A stretch of DNA of 53,200 nt, filler included, from Corallochytrium limacisporum Hawaii (lineage: Eukaryota; Protista; Pluriformea), in the NCBI GenBank assembly GCA_002811645.1. It is 3 parts of 3 records of this genome, joined end to end, with 100 filler letters (N's around TTAATTAATTAA, not from the genome) between each part and the next. Parts side by side here need not be neighbours in the genome. Positions count along the whole stretch, not along the records: positions 21,805 to 42,182 come from PDIP01000170.1; positions 42,283 to 53,200 come from PDIP01000093.1; 1 more part is not named here. The stretch is one strand, 5' to 3'. Positions within the stretch are counted from its first letter, which is position 1. Every line of letters starts with the position of its first letter. The position numbers were made by a program, and so were the translations under genes. Shown in pieces: positions 32,618-43,855 of this stretch. The notes beneath the pieces are model-generated. The model was not told the origin of the DNA, ran no database searches, and saw only the letters and a program-made list of their open reading frames with translations.

Positions 32618-33952
32618 TCAACAGAACAGGATGTTACCATTCTCACCACTGACCATCCAGAGAGGTTGGGTGGACTTGACCTTGGCAACCACCTCGGCAC
32701 TCAGACCCGCCACAGTGTCGGCCTTGAGTGTGCGGAGCGAGAGGATCGGTGGACCATTCGGTAGGATGTTTTGTGCTTCCCGCACTGTGCTCATGGGAGT
32801 TGTGGGATCCCAATCCAAGTCACCAAGCAGTTTGCGTCCGTTCAAGTCGCCCTTGAGTATAACCAGTAACGATCGTTCTTTGAATAAATCTGCCACATCC
32901 GGAGCGACAATGTGCAGATCCTGGAAAGGGTACGGCGAAGTGAAGAACGGATGTACTGCAATCTCCAGCGAACCGTCCTTCAGGAATGTCTGTAGTTCCT
33001 GCCCAATCTTGATGGTGTCTGGATGGCTTTGTGCATCCATGCTTGCCATTCGATCAATGAAATTGACTATATCGTACTCAGTGGCATCGCTGACAAAGTA
33101 CGGGAATACCTTGGCCCAGAGCACGACCCGCTTGCACTTACGCTCCGAGATGAGCCAGTGTGTTAGCAGCAGATCCGCAGCCAATTCAATCCCAACATTA
33201 TCTAGGCTTATTTCCACGACTTTTTCCGCACTGCCCGCCATCTGCAGCACCTTGTGCGCCTCGGCAAGGTCATCTTGTAGTAGATGCTCCTCGTTCTTGT
33301 TCAGAAACTTGTGCAGATCCATTCCGTCCCCACTGCTGTACAAATCTGGCAGCAGGCTAAGGTCCAAGCCGTTGCCCCATAGACAAAGGTGAGCTCGAGC
33401 CTTGAAGCCGTCCATTTCCGTTTCGTCCTTGAGTCCTGCAATGAGTACTTCAAGGTGTTCTAGTGCACTGTCCTTGGCCTGGTTCTTCGACAGTGCAAAC
33501 ACGTCCGGACCGGTACCAACGGGCCAATCGGACATGGCTTGCTGCACGCGAAGATAGAGCACGCACTCAGCCAAGAGCCAAGGTGCGTCTAACCAGCCCT
33601 GAATCGAGCCGTCCTCGTTAGATCCGTACTTGGTGATGGCTTCGTTGGATATTACCCTTAGTTTGTCCATGCAAGCAACAGTGCCTTTGTGTTTATCCAA
33701 ATTGCCAGATTCGGGATGGAATTTTTCTATTGGTAGGATGGCTTTGTTAGTCTGAAGTTGGTACTTAAGTTCTGAGAGTCGGCCCGTGGCTGCCTTGGCC
33801 CGGTCCTTTTCCTGCTGGTCTGTCTGCTGGTGCGCCCACCGAGTCATGCCATCCAGTGCCTTGGTGAGGATGACAGGTACCCTGTCCCTCAGGGTTTCAT
33901 AAGCGAAACAATCCTTGTTCGAGCCCCGCAGGGGAGGTGGTAGCGTGGACAT
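32618..33952 (-). CDS. ARMT1: DUF89 damage-control phosphatase ARMT1-like
   Basis: FAYETLRDRVPVILTK, WLLAECVLY, LWGNGLDLS, LDNVGIEL, PYFVSD, KGDLNGRKL and LRTLKAD. ATG at 33952. Confidence 0.92.
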   Translation of the reverse strand: MSTLPPPLRGSNKDCFAYETLRDRVPVILTKALDGMTRWAHQQTDQQEKDRAKAATGRLSELKYQLQTNKAILPIEKFHPESGNLDKHKGTVACMDKLRVISNEAITKYGSNEDGSIQGWLDAPWLLAECVLYLRVQQAMSDWPVGTGPDVFALSKNQAKDSALEHLEVLIAGLKDETEMDGFKARAHLCLWGNGLDLSLLPDLYSSGDGMDLHKFLNKNEEHLLQDDLAEAHKVLQMAGSAEKVVEISLDNVGIELAADLLLTHWLISERKCKRVVLWAKVFPYFVSDATEYDIVNFIDRMASMDAQSHPDTIKIGQELQTFLKDGSLEIAVHPFFTSPYPFQDLHIVAPDVADLFKERSLLVILKGDLNGRKLLGDLDWDPTTPMSTVREAQNILPNGPPILSLRTLKADTVAGLSAEVVAKVKSTQPLWMVSGENGNILFC

Positions 33953-36930
33953 ACTGTGGTCAAAACGTATCTTAGTCAATTTGGTTCAGGGTCGCAAGAT
34001 TGGTATACACGTGTTCCAATGTGATCCAAACATCCACGATATACCCAACCCGAGGAGCACACTGTTGTTTCCTATGACGTGTTTGCTACTTTCTCAAATG
34101 TCAATTCAAACACTTGCCCCAGATTCTCTTACAGACAGCCTGTAGTGGCTTATGATGTAAGCGAACTTGGTGTCACAGACCCCAATGCGCAAGGAAAACA
34201 TTCAAGCTATCGACCATTGACGCCCCCAATAGTTGTAAAGCTATCAGGGCACACAGTATTTCATCTTGATTCCGATATGTGATAATCAAATATCTGCGTA
34301 TTTATACCTATGATAACTGATATATTTCAATCATTTCCCTTTTCTTGTTTGCATTTCATTTTGGTTAATATATTTTCATAGAATCTGGATTTTGATTATC
34401 ACATGGAACTTCCCCAAGTCCCCCCGGCGGGAGGGCTTCGTCGAATTAGGGGCCTAATTTCTCCAACTGACACTCACCGCCTCTCGGTTCTGCGCAGTTT
34501 TGTCCCGTGTTTTTTGCCCAGTCGGGGGCTTCTTCGGGAGAGAGGGCGGGGGGAGAGGGGGCCCGGTTGAGCACTTAGGCCTTTCGGCCTTTGGTGGCGC
34601 CACCTCCAGGGTCAGCATCAGTTGCCGGGCTTTGCTTTGAAGCTTCACATGGGAGACCACTGTGACTGTAGTTACCATGCTCGCCTAAGATGCGTGTATA
34701 CAACATTAACAGCCCAAGGGAGAAGGAAAATTCTTTTTTTTACAACTATCTGTGCGCCATGGCGTGTCTGCGTTAATCTCCACGCACGGACCCACATCCG
34801 ACGGGAAGGGTTTGTCGTGGTACCCTTTTCCATCACTGGCTGATGTACCTGTAAATTCAATATTAAATTATCGCCGGAACGAGGGGGAGCGGCAGTTTTC
34901 TGCAAAGCACCTCTGGGCTTTCCACTGGCTTGCTTTTCCACGCCTCGCATTAATCGTCTTGCATGCTAGTTTTGTGCCCACGAACAACAACCATACACCC
35001 AGTAGCAGGGGGAATGAAATTGAAATCTCAACGGTAAGAACACATCACTGCGAGAGTATTTGTCCAAGGTCGCATTTGCGAGGACATCATCATCATAAGC
35101 GGATGGTCACCGGATTGAAGAGAACGATCATGGCAGACTATCATACGACGGGTAATGGTGCTCACTTGTTCCTCTCAAATAAAGAATCTACAGATTTCGG
35201 TTGGTCGGTTCAATCCACACGCAAAAGAAGTATCGGCTTTGAGGAACTCTATGGTGCTAGTCCAAAGGAGACACGAGGCGGTTTTACGACAGTGACCATA
35301 TCCACACTATTCACGGCACGTTGTGTGGGTGTAAACCATTACTACTGGCTCCAATTTAACCCTGCGAGGGCGGTGTTGGCGGGAACGGGTTCTGATGCTA
35401 TTTTTGGTTTGCGCAGAAGAAAACAGCTCCGGTGTGCCTAAGGAGGCATTTGGTTGGCAGCTGACAATTGCTTCGTCGCTGTGGCTGTGTGTCTTTATAG
35501 TGTTTTCAGTTTCCGTTTACGTTGCTCTGCATAATCACGAGTGTCCTAAGAAGGCAAGTGCGTAAGAGGGTGCGTGACTTCAAATTGTTGACATACTACT
35601 CAGCAGAAGCATTGTGCACCTCCCTGTCCTCCTTCAAAACAAACACCACTGGTCCCACTATGGCTTCAAAACAAGATGAGAAATGCGACGGACAACGGCA
35701 TGATGAAAGATGAAGAGGAATCAGTTTGCGTGTGCAGTTTGTTGACATTCCCCCGGCTGTATGCATGACCCCTGGTGTTTAAGTAAAAGGTTGCACGGAG
35801 AACCTGTACACAGTCTGGGTCACATGGAATGCGCAAAGCGGGGATGCAGCGGTGGTATCCGTTTTCCTCCTTGTTGTGTAGTCACACACACTTGGTAAGT
35901 CCGGACCACGATCCGTTTGAAAGGGTTTGGTGAGCAGAACCCACTCTTGCGCACAGTTTCGATTTTTTTCTTCGCTCCTTATTTCTCGGGATCTGATCCC
36001 ACTTTCCCTCACTCATTCTCTACCGTGCCGTTGGAACGGGAAGACTGGTTGGTTGTCTGCAAGCACAAAGCACACGGAAAAGGAAAGGAAGAGAGAGAGA
36101 GAGAGGGGGGGGGGAGGGGGGTTTTATGGTGGTTGGTGCAGCCGTAAGGATTCGAAGCTGTTGCTGCGGAGAAAGCCAACAACTCTCGTTCACGGGCACT
36201 CCCGTCCGGGACCCCTTAGTCTTTGAACCGGACAGCCGCGTTTTGCGAGTGAAATCTTTCGAAGTGTCAGTCACGGGGCCTTTGTGGTTTCGTAGTATAT
36301 CCCGAACAAATGTTTACCCCAAGCGCCAAGCGCGCCGTCTAAGCAAAGCAAATGAAATCTACATCTCGGACAACCACCAGCTCCTGTTATCGATCAACTG
36401 CACTCTTGCTCCCCTGCGACCATGTTCTTGTTGCTCGGCCCACTTCCGCTGGGAGCGAGACGGTGGGATGTCCCGCTGAGTTTTTTTTTTTTTCTGTTTC
36501 TTTTATTTGCACACGAGAAAGACCCGTTGCCGGACGCGCCCCGCTCTGCAGTGCGATTTGAGTGCGAAAAATTGACAAAGGCCGAGGCAGATGGGGGGAG
36601 GGGGGGGCAAGGGAGCAAAAGGGAAAGAGCGGGTGAGGGTGGGGAGGGGGGGAGGAGAGGAGAGAGAGAGATCAGACAAAAGTCCCTGCTTTAGAAGCAC
36701 ATGAAATACGATCGCAACCGGTGGAGCCAAGCAATGGAAAGGAAAGGAAATGCAAAATCTTTTGACTGTCCAGTGGTGTGTAGACGTGTGCACTAGTGGA
36801 TGGGTCAGACGTTGCAGATCAGACAAAGCTATGTAAGTGATCGAAGAGTTCCACCAGAAAACGAGTGAGTTCTATGCTATAGTGGTTCGCTTGTTTGTAG
36901 CAAACGACTGTAATCCTTACTCACTGAACC

Positions 36931-38817
36931 ATGCCACACCTGGGTTCGTACCTCCTCACGGCTGCGGCTGGTGTGGTCGCCTACCTGGCGTACAAATCTT
37001 ATACCAACCCCTACTTCTTTACTGGTCTCAGCTTTGTTGGTAAGCTGGTCGGCGCCAGCGCCAAGTTGAACAAGCTCCTGCTTTCCAAGAATGAAGACGA
37101 CTGGGTCGCCGACAAGTTTGAGGCCATGGCCGATGCCAAGCCCAGCAAGGTCGCAATTCTCTTTGATGACGAAAAGCTTACTCTCCGTGATATCGACAAC
37201 CGTGCCAACCAGTGGGCCAACTGGGCCATTTCCAAGGGACTCAAGAAGGGTGATGTCGTAGCCCTGAACATGGAAAACTGCCCGGACTACTTCTGCTTCT
37301 ATATGGGTATGGCTAAGATTGGTGTTATTAGCGCTCTGATCAACTGTAATTTGATTGGTGAATCCCTCAAGCACTGTATTGACATTGCCGGGGCCAAGTT
37401 CTGCGTGGCTGCCCCTGTCCAGGCCGCGGCCTGTGTCGAGGCTGGTGCCGACACCAAGGTTGTGTGTATCACCAAGGGCCATCCCGCCAACCATGTGCCT
37501 AAGTCCGTGCCCATGATCGACGCTGAGATCGACAAGACTTCCAAGGCTCGTCCGGACAAGAAATTGCGCGCTGGTTGCAATCTCCGCTCGGCCATGTGCT
37601 ACATCTACACTTCCGGCACAACGGGTTTCCCCAAGGCTTCCTTGATTCGCGGTGTCCGCTACCTGGCCGGTGCCTTCACCTTCCACCAGATGTTTGGCAC
37701 CTCCGACAAGGACGTCGTCTACGTCTGCATGCCTCTCTACCACTCTGCCGGTAACATCATTGGCGTCGGTTCCATGATCACCCACGGCACCACCATTGCC
37801 ATCTCCCGCAAGTTCTCTGCCCGCCGCTACTGGGATGACTGCCGTAAGTACAATGCTACCATCATCCAGTACATCGGCGAACTGGCCCGCTATCTTTTGG
37901 CACAGCCCCCTCAGGCTAATGACAAGGATAACAAGGTCCGCCTGGCTATCGGAAATGGTATGCGCCCTGACGTCTGGGAAGAATTCCAGAGTCGCTTTGG
38001 TATTGACAAGATCGGAGAGTTCTACGCTGCCACTGAGGGTGCCATGGCAATCTTCAACGAGCCGGGCAAGACTGGTGCCGTCGGCTTCGTACCTGGCCTG
38101 ATCAAACCCCTCTACCCAGTACGCATTTGCAAGTTCAACGTTGAAGAGGAGGAGCTGATCCGCGACCCGAAGACCGGACTGTGCATCGAATGCGGTGACA
38201 ACGAGGTTGGTCAGCTCATGTGCCAGATTTCCACCTATCCCGTTAACAACTACGATGGTTACGTCAACAACAAGAAGGCTTCCGACAAGAAGGTTGCCTC
38301 CGATGTCTTCAAGAAGGGCGACAAGTGGTTTGCAACCGGTGATCTGTTGGTCCGGGACCAGTACGGCTTTGTGTACTTTAGCGATCGTATCGGAGACACG
38401 TTCCGTTGGAAGGGTGAAAACGTGAGCACGAACGAGGTGGCCGAGATCACCAACAAGTGGCCCCAGCTGCAAGAGACGAACGTTTTTGGTGTGGAGGTCC
38501 CCGGTGCCGACGGTCGTGCGGGTATGGCTTCGGTTGTGCTGAGCGACGGAGAGACTGATTTGGATGTGCAGGGACTCTACGCCCATGTAGCGAAGAACAT
38601 GCCGCCCTACCAGCGCCCGCAGTTCATTCGTCTCATGCCACAAATGGAGATCACGGGTACCTTCAAGCACCGCAAGGTTGATCTTCAGAAGCAGGGCTTC
38701 AATCCCGAGCTGTGCGAGGGTAACAAGCTCTGGTACGCTGACCACCGCAAGGGTGCCTACATCCCAATCACCAAGGAGGTCTTCAACAAGATCAAGAACC
38801 ACGAGATCCGCGTTTAA
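36931..38817 (+). CDS. Fatty-acid transport protein / very-long-chain acyl-CoA synthetase (SLC27/FAT1 family)
   Basis: AMP-binding YIYTSGTTGFPKA, EFYAATEG, TGDLL, FSDRIGDTFRWKGENVSTNEV, GRAGMA and TGTFKHRK. Strong C/T-ending codon bias. Confidence 0.96.
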   Translation: MPHLGSYLLTAAAGVVAYLAYKSYTNPYFFTGLSFVGKLVGASAKLNKLLLSKNEDDWVADKFEAMADAKPSKVAILFDDEKLTLRDIDNRANQWANWAISKGLKKGDVVALNMENCPDYFCFYMGMAKIGVISALINCNLIGESLKHCIDIAGAKFCVAAPVQAAACVEAGADTKVVCITKGHPANHVPKSVPMIDAEIDKTSKARPDKKLRAGCNLRSAMCYIYTSGTTGFPKASLIRGVRYLAGAFTFHQMFGTSDKDVVYVCMPLYHSAGNIIGVGSMITHGTTIAISRKFSARRYWDDCRKYNATIIQYIGELARYLLAQPPQANDKDNKVRLAIGNGMRPDVWEEFQSRFGIDKIGEFYAATEGAMAIFNEPGKTGAVGFVPGLIKPLYPVRICKFNVEEEELIRDPKTGLCIECGDNEVGQLMCQISTYPVNNYDGYVNNKKASDKKVASDVFKKGDKWFATGDLLVRDQYGFVYFSDRIGDTFRWKGENVSTNEVAEITNKWPQLQETNVFGVEVPGADGRAGMASVVLSDGETDLDVQGLYAHVAKNMPPYQRPQFIRLMPQMEITGTFKHRKVDLQKQGFNPELCEGNKLWYADHRKGAYIPITKEVFNKIKNHEIRV

Positions 38818-38973
38818 AGAAACGATCAAACCTAGAGATAGCTACTTACAAGCACTAAATACATCTTCAAAATGGGTTTTGAAACACATGTTTTGAGTGT
38901 GTCGATTCCTTGTTTTACATGACGTTGATTACTGTGATGACATTTTCCCTTGCATATGGCACATTCACCCGCA

Positions 38974-40152
38974 TCAGCACGATTCGACCATGCCGGCCAC
39001 CAGGGCCAAGGGCTCAGTATCAAGGCGGTTGACGAATTCTTTCCAGTAGCCTGCGCGCAGGGTGTCCGTTTCCTGTAGAGCATTAGCCCACTCTCGAACT
39101 CTGATGACACCTTCTCGCTCCTCGACGTCCGCGTGGGCCAGGTTGCAGCGTCTAATCCAGGCAACCAGCAATCCCTGAGTGCGGATGAGGCCCAGGTGGC
39201 ACCATTTGGCTACAGCGGCCGCCTCTGCCTCCATGTTCAGAAGCTCCTGAATATGTGTGATCTCCTCCCTGAGCAATTTTTCGATGTCATGTCCATTTGT
39301 TGTCGCATCACTACCCAACACGGTGGTCTGCAGTAGCCATTGATGGTACAACCACGCGCTTGAATCATCAGGCTCGGTGTAGAACGCATTGCGGACGAGC
39401 TCTAGTTCGTCCTTGAGCGCTTGCAGCGGAAGACTATCGCTGGCTTGCTTTGCAGTCTTGGCCCCTTCCTTGAGCACTGCAGGAAGCAGATGACTCCGGT
39501 AGTGCCATGCCGAATAATTGGAAAAGTTCGCTGCCAGCAGCGTGCCCGTGACGCCGAGCTCGGAAACATCAGTACCACGGGGATCGTCACGCTCCTTCAT
39601 CTGTCGCGCGACCCAGCGGCGGTGGTCCCAGCAATGGAAGTTTCGACCATCCATTTTGAGGAAGTCATCGCAAAGGCCCATTTCAGTGTTTAACAGCTCT
39701 TTCACTGTGGACGTTCCCACCTCTCCAAGATGCCCGTCGGTGTCTTTGTTGTCCGCATCGATTACTTTGATCTTCTGTTCTATCGACCAGCGACGGTGAA
39801 ACCAGGAGCAGTAGCTCTTCGGATTGTGGCGGATGCCGTTCAACGCTACTTCTAGTTCGTCGTCGAGAACGCCATGACTCGTCTTCACTTTGCGCAGCAC
39901 AACCTCCCGACGAATGTTCCAGGCTGTTGCAAAGTCTGGATTGACTTGCAGTAGAGTCTGTGTGACTGTCAAAGCCCGAGTCAAATCCGCTTCCTCCAAG
40001 CCATCACCTGCGGACTCCTTCAGAGTCCTACGAATGTCGACGGTGGCTTTGCACAAAGCCTCAATCTGCTGGGCACGTGCCAACGACTTCTCCTTGCGTT
40101 GCTTCAGTACCTCTGGATCGGTGGGCGCGGGCACTTTCTTGCGACCGTGCAT
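38974..40152 (-). CDS. RABGGTA: Rab geranylgeranyltransferase alpha subunit
   Basis: Canonical start MHGRKK at 40152. PPTA repeats NPDFATAWNIRR, NPKSYCSWFHRRW, RNFHCWDHRR, NFSNYSAWHYRS and AFYTEPDDSSAWLYHQWL. Confidence 0.94.
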   Translation of the reverse strand: MHGRKKVPAPTDPEVLKQRKEKSLARAQQIEALCKATVDIRRTLKESAGDGLEEADLTRALTVTQTLLQVNPDFATAWNIRREVVLRKVKTSHGVLDDELEVALNGIRHNPKSYCSWFHRRWSIEQKIKVIDADNKDTDGHLGEVGTSTVKELLNTEMGLCDDFLKMDGRNFHCWDHRRWVARQMKERDDPRGTDVSELGVTGTLLAANFSNYSAWHYRSHLLPAVLKEGAKTAKQASDSLPLQALKDELELVRNAFYTEPDDSSAWLYHQWLLQTTVLGSDATTNGHDIEKLLREEITHIQELLNMEAEAAAVAKWCHLGLIRTQGLLVAWIRRCNLAHADVEEREGVIRVREWANALQETDTLRAGYWKEFVNRLDTEPLALVAGMVESC

Positions 40153-40798
40153 TATGTCTCTGGTTGTTTCTGATATGCCAGAAACTCCGGTTTCCAACGC
40201 CGCAATCTGTAGATCGAACGACTTGGGCACAAACAGATGAAAGTATTGCTTCCTTCACAGCAGTTCAGTTAGCCTAAGTTTCCTTCTTATCAGTAAATAT
40301 ATACCTGATCTCTCGCCTACAGAGTCCAGGATATGTCTGGAGTCAAATACCGTCACCAAACAGGGAGATTCAGCATGCGCCCGTGCTCCAGTTTCGTGGC
40401 GTGTATCACCACCAACAGCGCCACCGGCGCAGCCTGAGTGATTCCGGGAGGTGTCCCCCCTCCCTACCCACTTGTGTGTGTTGGCATATCAGGGACCCAT
40501 TTTTAACCCCCATAGGGGACTACCAACCGCAAGTTTCGTTGGGAGTCCATTTTGTTTCCACAGCGAAAAGTTCGTTTTCGGGTGGGGTACCACCCGTATC
40601 ACCCGTACAAATTTCCTGCCTTTCTTGAGCAAGCGAGGAAGTCAGGATGCTACGATACCCCAGAGATGTGATTTGAGATGGACCACTTCTGCAGGCCGAG
40701 TAGGCAAGTTTCAACAGGATGGTCGTCAAGTACAATAATGACGATACTTGTATTAGTACTAGGTTATTGCATGCGGAAATCGGAAAACGAATGCGAAA

Positions 40799-41647
40799 TC
40801 AATGGCTGATGACGTAGTGGTTGTAGAGTGCACCACAGAGGTACGTGATAATCATTGCGGCGGTACCACCAACCAGGACACGCATTGTGCCACTGACCTT
40901 GCAGCTGCCGCCGGTATGAGCGCCGACGTATCCACTAAGAGCCAGCAGGAACATGGTCGTGAGGAAGACAGCCAGGGGTCGATAGGTGCTATTCTGCACA
41001 AAGGCTCCGACAAGCAAAGGACCGATGCCTCCGACAAGGAAACTCAACATGGAAGTCACCGCAGCCTGCACCGGACTTGGGACATCATTAATGTCGATAC
41101 CGAGCTCTTCCCGAGCATGGGCACCTACAGCATCGTACTCGGTCATTTCCTCAGCAGCCTTGCGCGCTGTCTGGTAGGACAGGCCCCGGCCCTGCAGAAT
41201 CTGCGTCAGCTCTTCCAATTCATGCTCTCGCGCTTCCGGTCCGGCTTCCTGCATAGCACGCTCTTTACTGATTTCGGCAAATTGTTGGTCTTTCTGTCCG
41301 GCCACACTGACATACTCTCCAGTGCCCATTGAAAACATACCGGCAATTAGGGAGGCTAGACCAGCGGCAGCGACAATGTGCATGCGGCGGTCGTAGTCGT
41401 CTTCTTCACCAACATCGCCGCCATGGTCAACACCGAGCATCAGTGAAGCAACAGACACGAGACCGTCATTGCAACCGAGGAGGAACGCACGCAGATTGTT
41501 ACCCGCTGCGGTGCTCAAATGCTCGTGTTCGTCGATCTCAGGGGCCAGGGGTCGGTCACTCGCGCTGCTGCTGCGGTCGCCGTTTTCCAGCAAGCGCTCG
41601 CGCTCGCCGTTTTCTTCTACCTTCTGTGAGCTGAATGGGAATACCAT
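40799..41647 (-). CDS. Vacuolar iron transporter, VIT1/CCC1 family
   Basis: LRAFLLGCNDGLVSVASLMLGV, AGMFSMGTGEYVSV, HAREELGI and SPVQAA. Confidence 0.93.
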   Translation of the reverse strand: MVFPFSSQKVEENGERERLLENGDRSSSASDRPLAPEIDEHEHLSTAAGNNLRAFLLGCNDGLVSVASLMLGVDHGGDVGEEDDYDRRMHIVAAAGLASLIAGMFSMGTGEYVSVAGQKDQQFAEISKERAMQEAGPEAREHELEELTQILQGRGLSYQTARKAAEEMTEYDAVGAHAREELGIDINDVPSPVQAAVTSMLSFLVGGIGPLLVGAFVQNSTYRPLAVFLTTMFLLALSGYVGAHTGGSCKVSGTMRVLVGGTAAMIITYLCGALYNHYVISH

Positions 41648-42182
41648 GGTGGTGTGTTAGATTACTATGTACATTAATCTATCCCCTGTTAAACAGAATA
41701 GTCTATGAATACTGGAAGTGCGAAGGACACTAACCGATCACGACCCAAAACGAGTCAAATACCAGCTGCCGCGAACAATGGGCATATTGACATAAGAGCA
41801 CTAATTAATAACAACCACATGGCATTATTCCACCACACGCAAATTTATCTCAAAGCTTTGTATCTGGTGCATAGCCATTCGAGCACAATGTCAGGAAGTG
41901 AAGGACAGGACGAGTAGCCAATATCACCACCGTTTGCTAAAAGCCACAAAGTCTTCGTGTGTGTGGGTGTGGGTGTGTGTGTGGTGCTCCAGGTGGGCCG
42001 GGTGACCCGCCCTCCCTCCCCCTTTTTGTCACCCGGGCGCGGATCCCGAACCTGCCCTGTCCGGTTCCCCCCTCCCCCGATGACGCATTGACTTCCTTTC
42101 TTGCTCGGAAATCTTCAGTACTATCCTCTGAGTTGAATGTATACTCCGTATCCAACCAAAATTTTCGTTCGAAAATATATAC

Positions 42183-42282
42183 NNNNNNNNNNNNNNNNNN
42201 NNNNNNNNNNNNNNNNNNNNNNNNNNTTAATTAATTAANNNNNNNNNNNNNNNNNNNNNNNNNNNNNNNNNNNNNNNNNNNN
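42183..42282. other. Artificial scaffold spacer N44-TTAATTAATTAA-N44
   Basis: Same 100-bp layout as 21705-21804. Confidence 0.97.
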
Positions 42283-42540
42283 CAGGCATCCCGATGAAAA
42301 AATGGCAAAAGTGGAGGGCGATAATTGAAACTAAGGCAAGTCTGAGATCCGGTATATCGAAACATTGCGGCGCCTGGGGGATCAGTCTTACACATGATAG
42401 CCATAACGCTGCCACAGCATGGAGCAGCTGAAAATCGTCCAAGGACTTAATGAATATCTAGTGTATTGGCAAAGCAATAGAATCAGATGCAAATTAGACG
42501 CATTTGGTCACCAACTGCCATCGCAGTGAGACGGAGAAAT

Positions 42541-43431
42541 TCACTTCAATGGCGAAAAGTCTAGCGGCTCCAAGATGGTAGATTGCATGCCCTCGATCAA
42601 TGGTACGGTGCGGTACACGACCTGGGGCCATGTCTCAAACTCCCACATCGCATCACGCAGTTGCTTTCGTTTCTCCAGATCTGGGTAACCCCACATATGA
42701 TAGACGTGGTTCATGGTACCCAGTTGGCTGAACCACGCTCCAACTGCTGTGCCGAGCTCTCTGCGGATATCAATGCCCTTTCGCCAGTGGTGCTCCCAGT
42801 CTAGTATCTTGCCGGACTGTACGTGGTAATCTCGCAATTCATAGACACCATTCGAACCACTCTGCAGAACAGGGAGGAAGTTGAAGGCTAGCAGAATCGT
42901 TCTCTCTCGCTTGTTCAAACGTTTCATGACATCTTTGCGGAATTTCCTGTATAGATCACTTTTAGTGGTAACTTGAAGATGATGATCTAAAGTTTTGTAA
43001 GCACCATCATGCTGGATCAAATAAATCACCCGGTCGAGGTCTCCTGTGGCACTCGTGAATGCTCCCAACAACTTGCTCCGTGACTCTTGCGGATACAAGC
43101 CTGGTACATAATCACCAACAATATCCATGTACTCGTCATACTCACTGGGTTTGACGTAGTGTTCAATATATTCCCACACTGCGCCTTCATATGAAACCAT
43201 TTTTGAGTGGCTCACGTGTACAGCCTGTGTCCTGCTCACCTTTTGCCTTTCATCCGTACGGGGATGGTCTTCCCGGTCTTTTCGCAGTCTCTCTAGAATC
43301 GCAGATTTTGTGTCTGTAGATTCGCCTTGTGAAAGCTTCAAGTTTGTATGGAAGTTTACAGAAAGCCGTGGCAACACCACCAGCCGAGAACTGCAAGTCC
43401 TCACGGGTAAAGAGGTAGCGTGCCTGAGCAT
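42541..43431 (-). CDS. NIPSNAP: NIPSNAP-family mitochondrial protein
   Basis: Two NIPSNAP domains (HYVKP; VYELRDY...GAWFSQLGTMNHVYHMWGYPDL...LEPLDFSPLK). ATG 43431 gives an Arg/Ser/Leu-rich transit peptide; ATG 43530 is the alternative start. Confidence 0.92.
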   Translation of the reverse strand: MLRHATSLPVRTCSSRLVVLPRLSVNFHTNLKLSQGESTDTKSAILERLRKDREDHPRTDERQKVSRTQAVHVSHSKMVSYEGAVWEYIEHYVKPSEYDEYMDIVGDYVPGLYPQESRSKLLGAFTSATGDLDRVIYLIQHDGAYKTLDHHLQVTTKSDLYRKFRKDVMKRLNKRERTILLAFNFLPVLQSGSNGVYELRDYHVQSGKILDWEHHWRKGIDIRRELGTAVGAWFSQLGTMNHVYHMWGYPDLEKRKQLRDAMWEFETWPQVVYRTVPLIEGMQSTILEPLDFSPLK

Positions 43432-43855
43432 GACTAGTATATGTTTAATTGGCTCAGAAATGGCTTGCTGATCATATTTGAAGATTTGATGGTTGAGACA
43501 GGAAGTTGAAATAGTATCAGAGGAGCTCATTGACTAAAGTGATGGAAAGAACCTTGATGCTAAATCACGACACGCACAGGTAAAGACGCGGAATTTGTCA
43601 AATGGTGTAACTACAAAGAATTCAGTGTCAGCCATCTGTTTCGGTCAGGACGCAGGCAGCGTAGGGCCCACACAGCGGACGGAAGGGCTTTACCTGAAAG
43701 TGCCAGGCGGGGAGGGGGTTCCATGTAGTAACCCGCATGCCTCTTGATAAATGTATAAGGAAGCACCCAGACTCGAGCTTCACTTGACAGCCATTAAACA
43801 ATGGAAGACAGACACATATTAGAACTCTCAAATCGTGCTTATGGTTTTCTTACCT

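Noticed and set aside
32601-33392. 263-aa antisense ORF, and similar ones at 6056-6844, 8225-8746 and 14419-14979
   Set aside because: These are shadows of well-supported genes on the opposite strand.
34752-35441. 229-aa ORF in the ARMT1/FATP divergent intergenic region
   Set aside because: GTG start, atypical composition and no recognisable homology.
24966-38817. Lipid-metabolism gene cluster (CYP4, anoctamin, ATG8, FATP)
   Set aside because: Mixed orientations, an intervening gap and unrelated genes; no evidence of co-regulation.
36877-38829. 650-aa antisense ORF covering the FATP gene
   Set aside because: Codon-register shadow. FATP avoids TTA/CTA/TCA codons, which removes antisense stops. 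No motifs.
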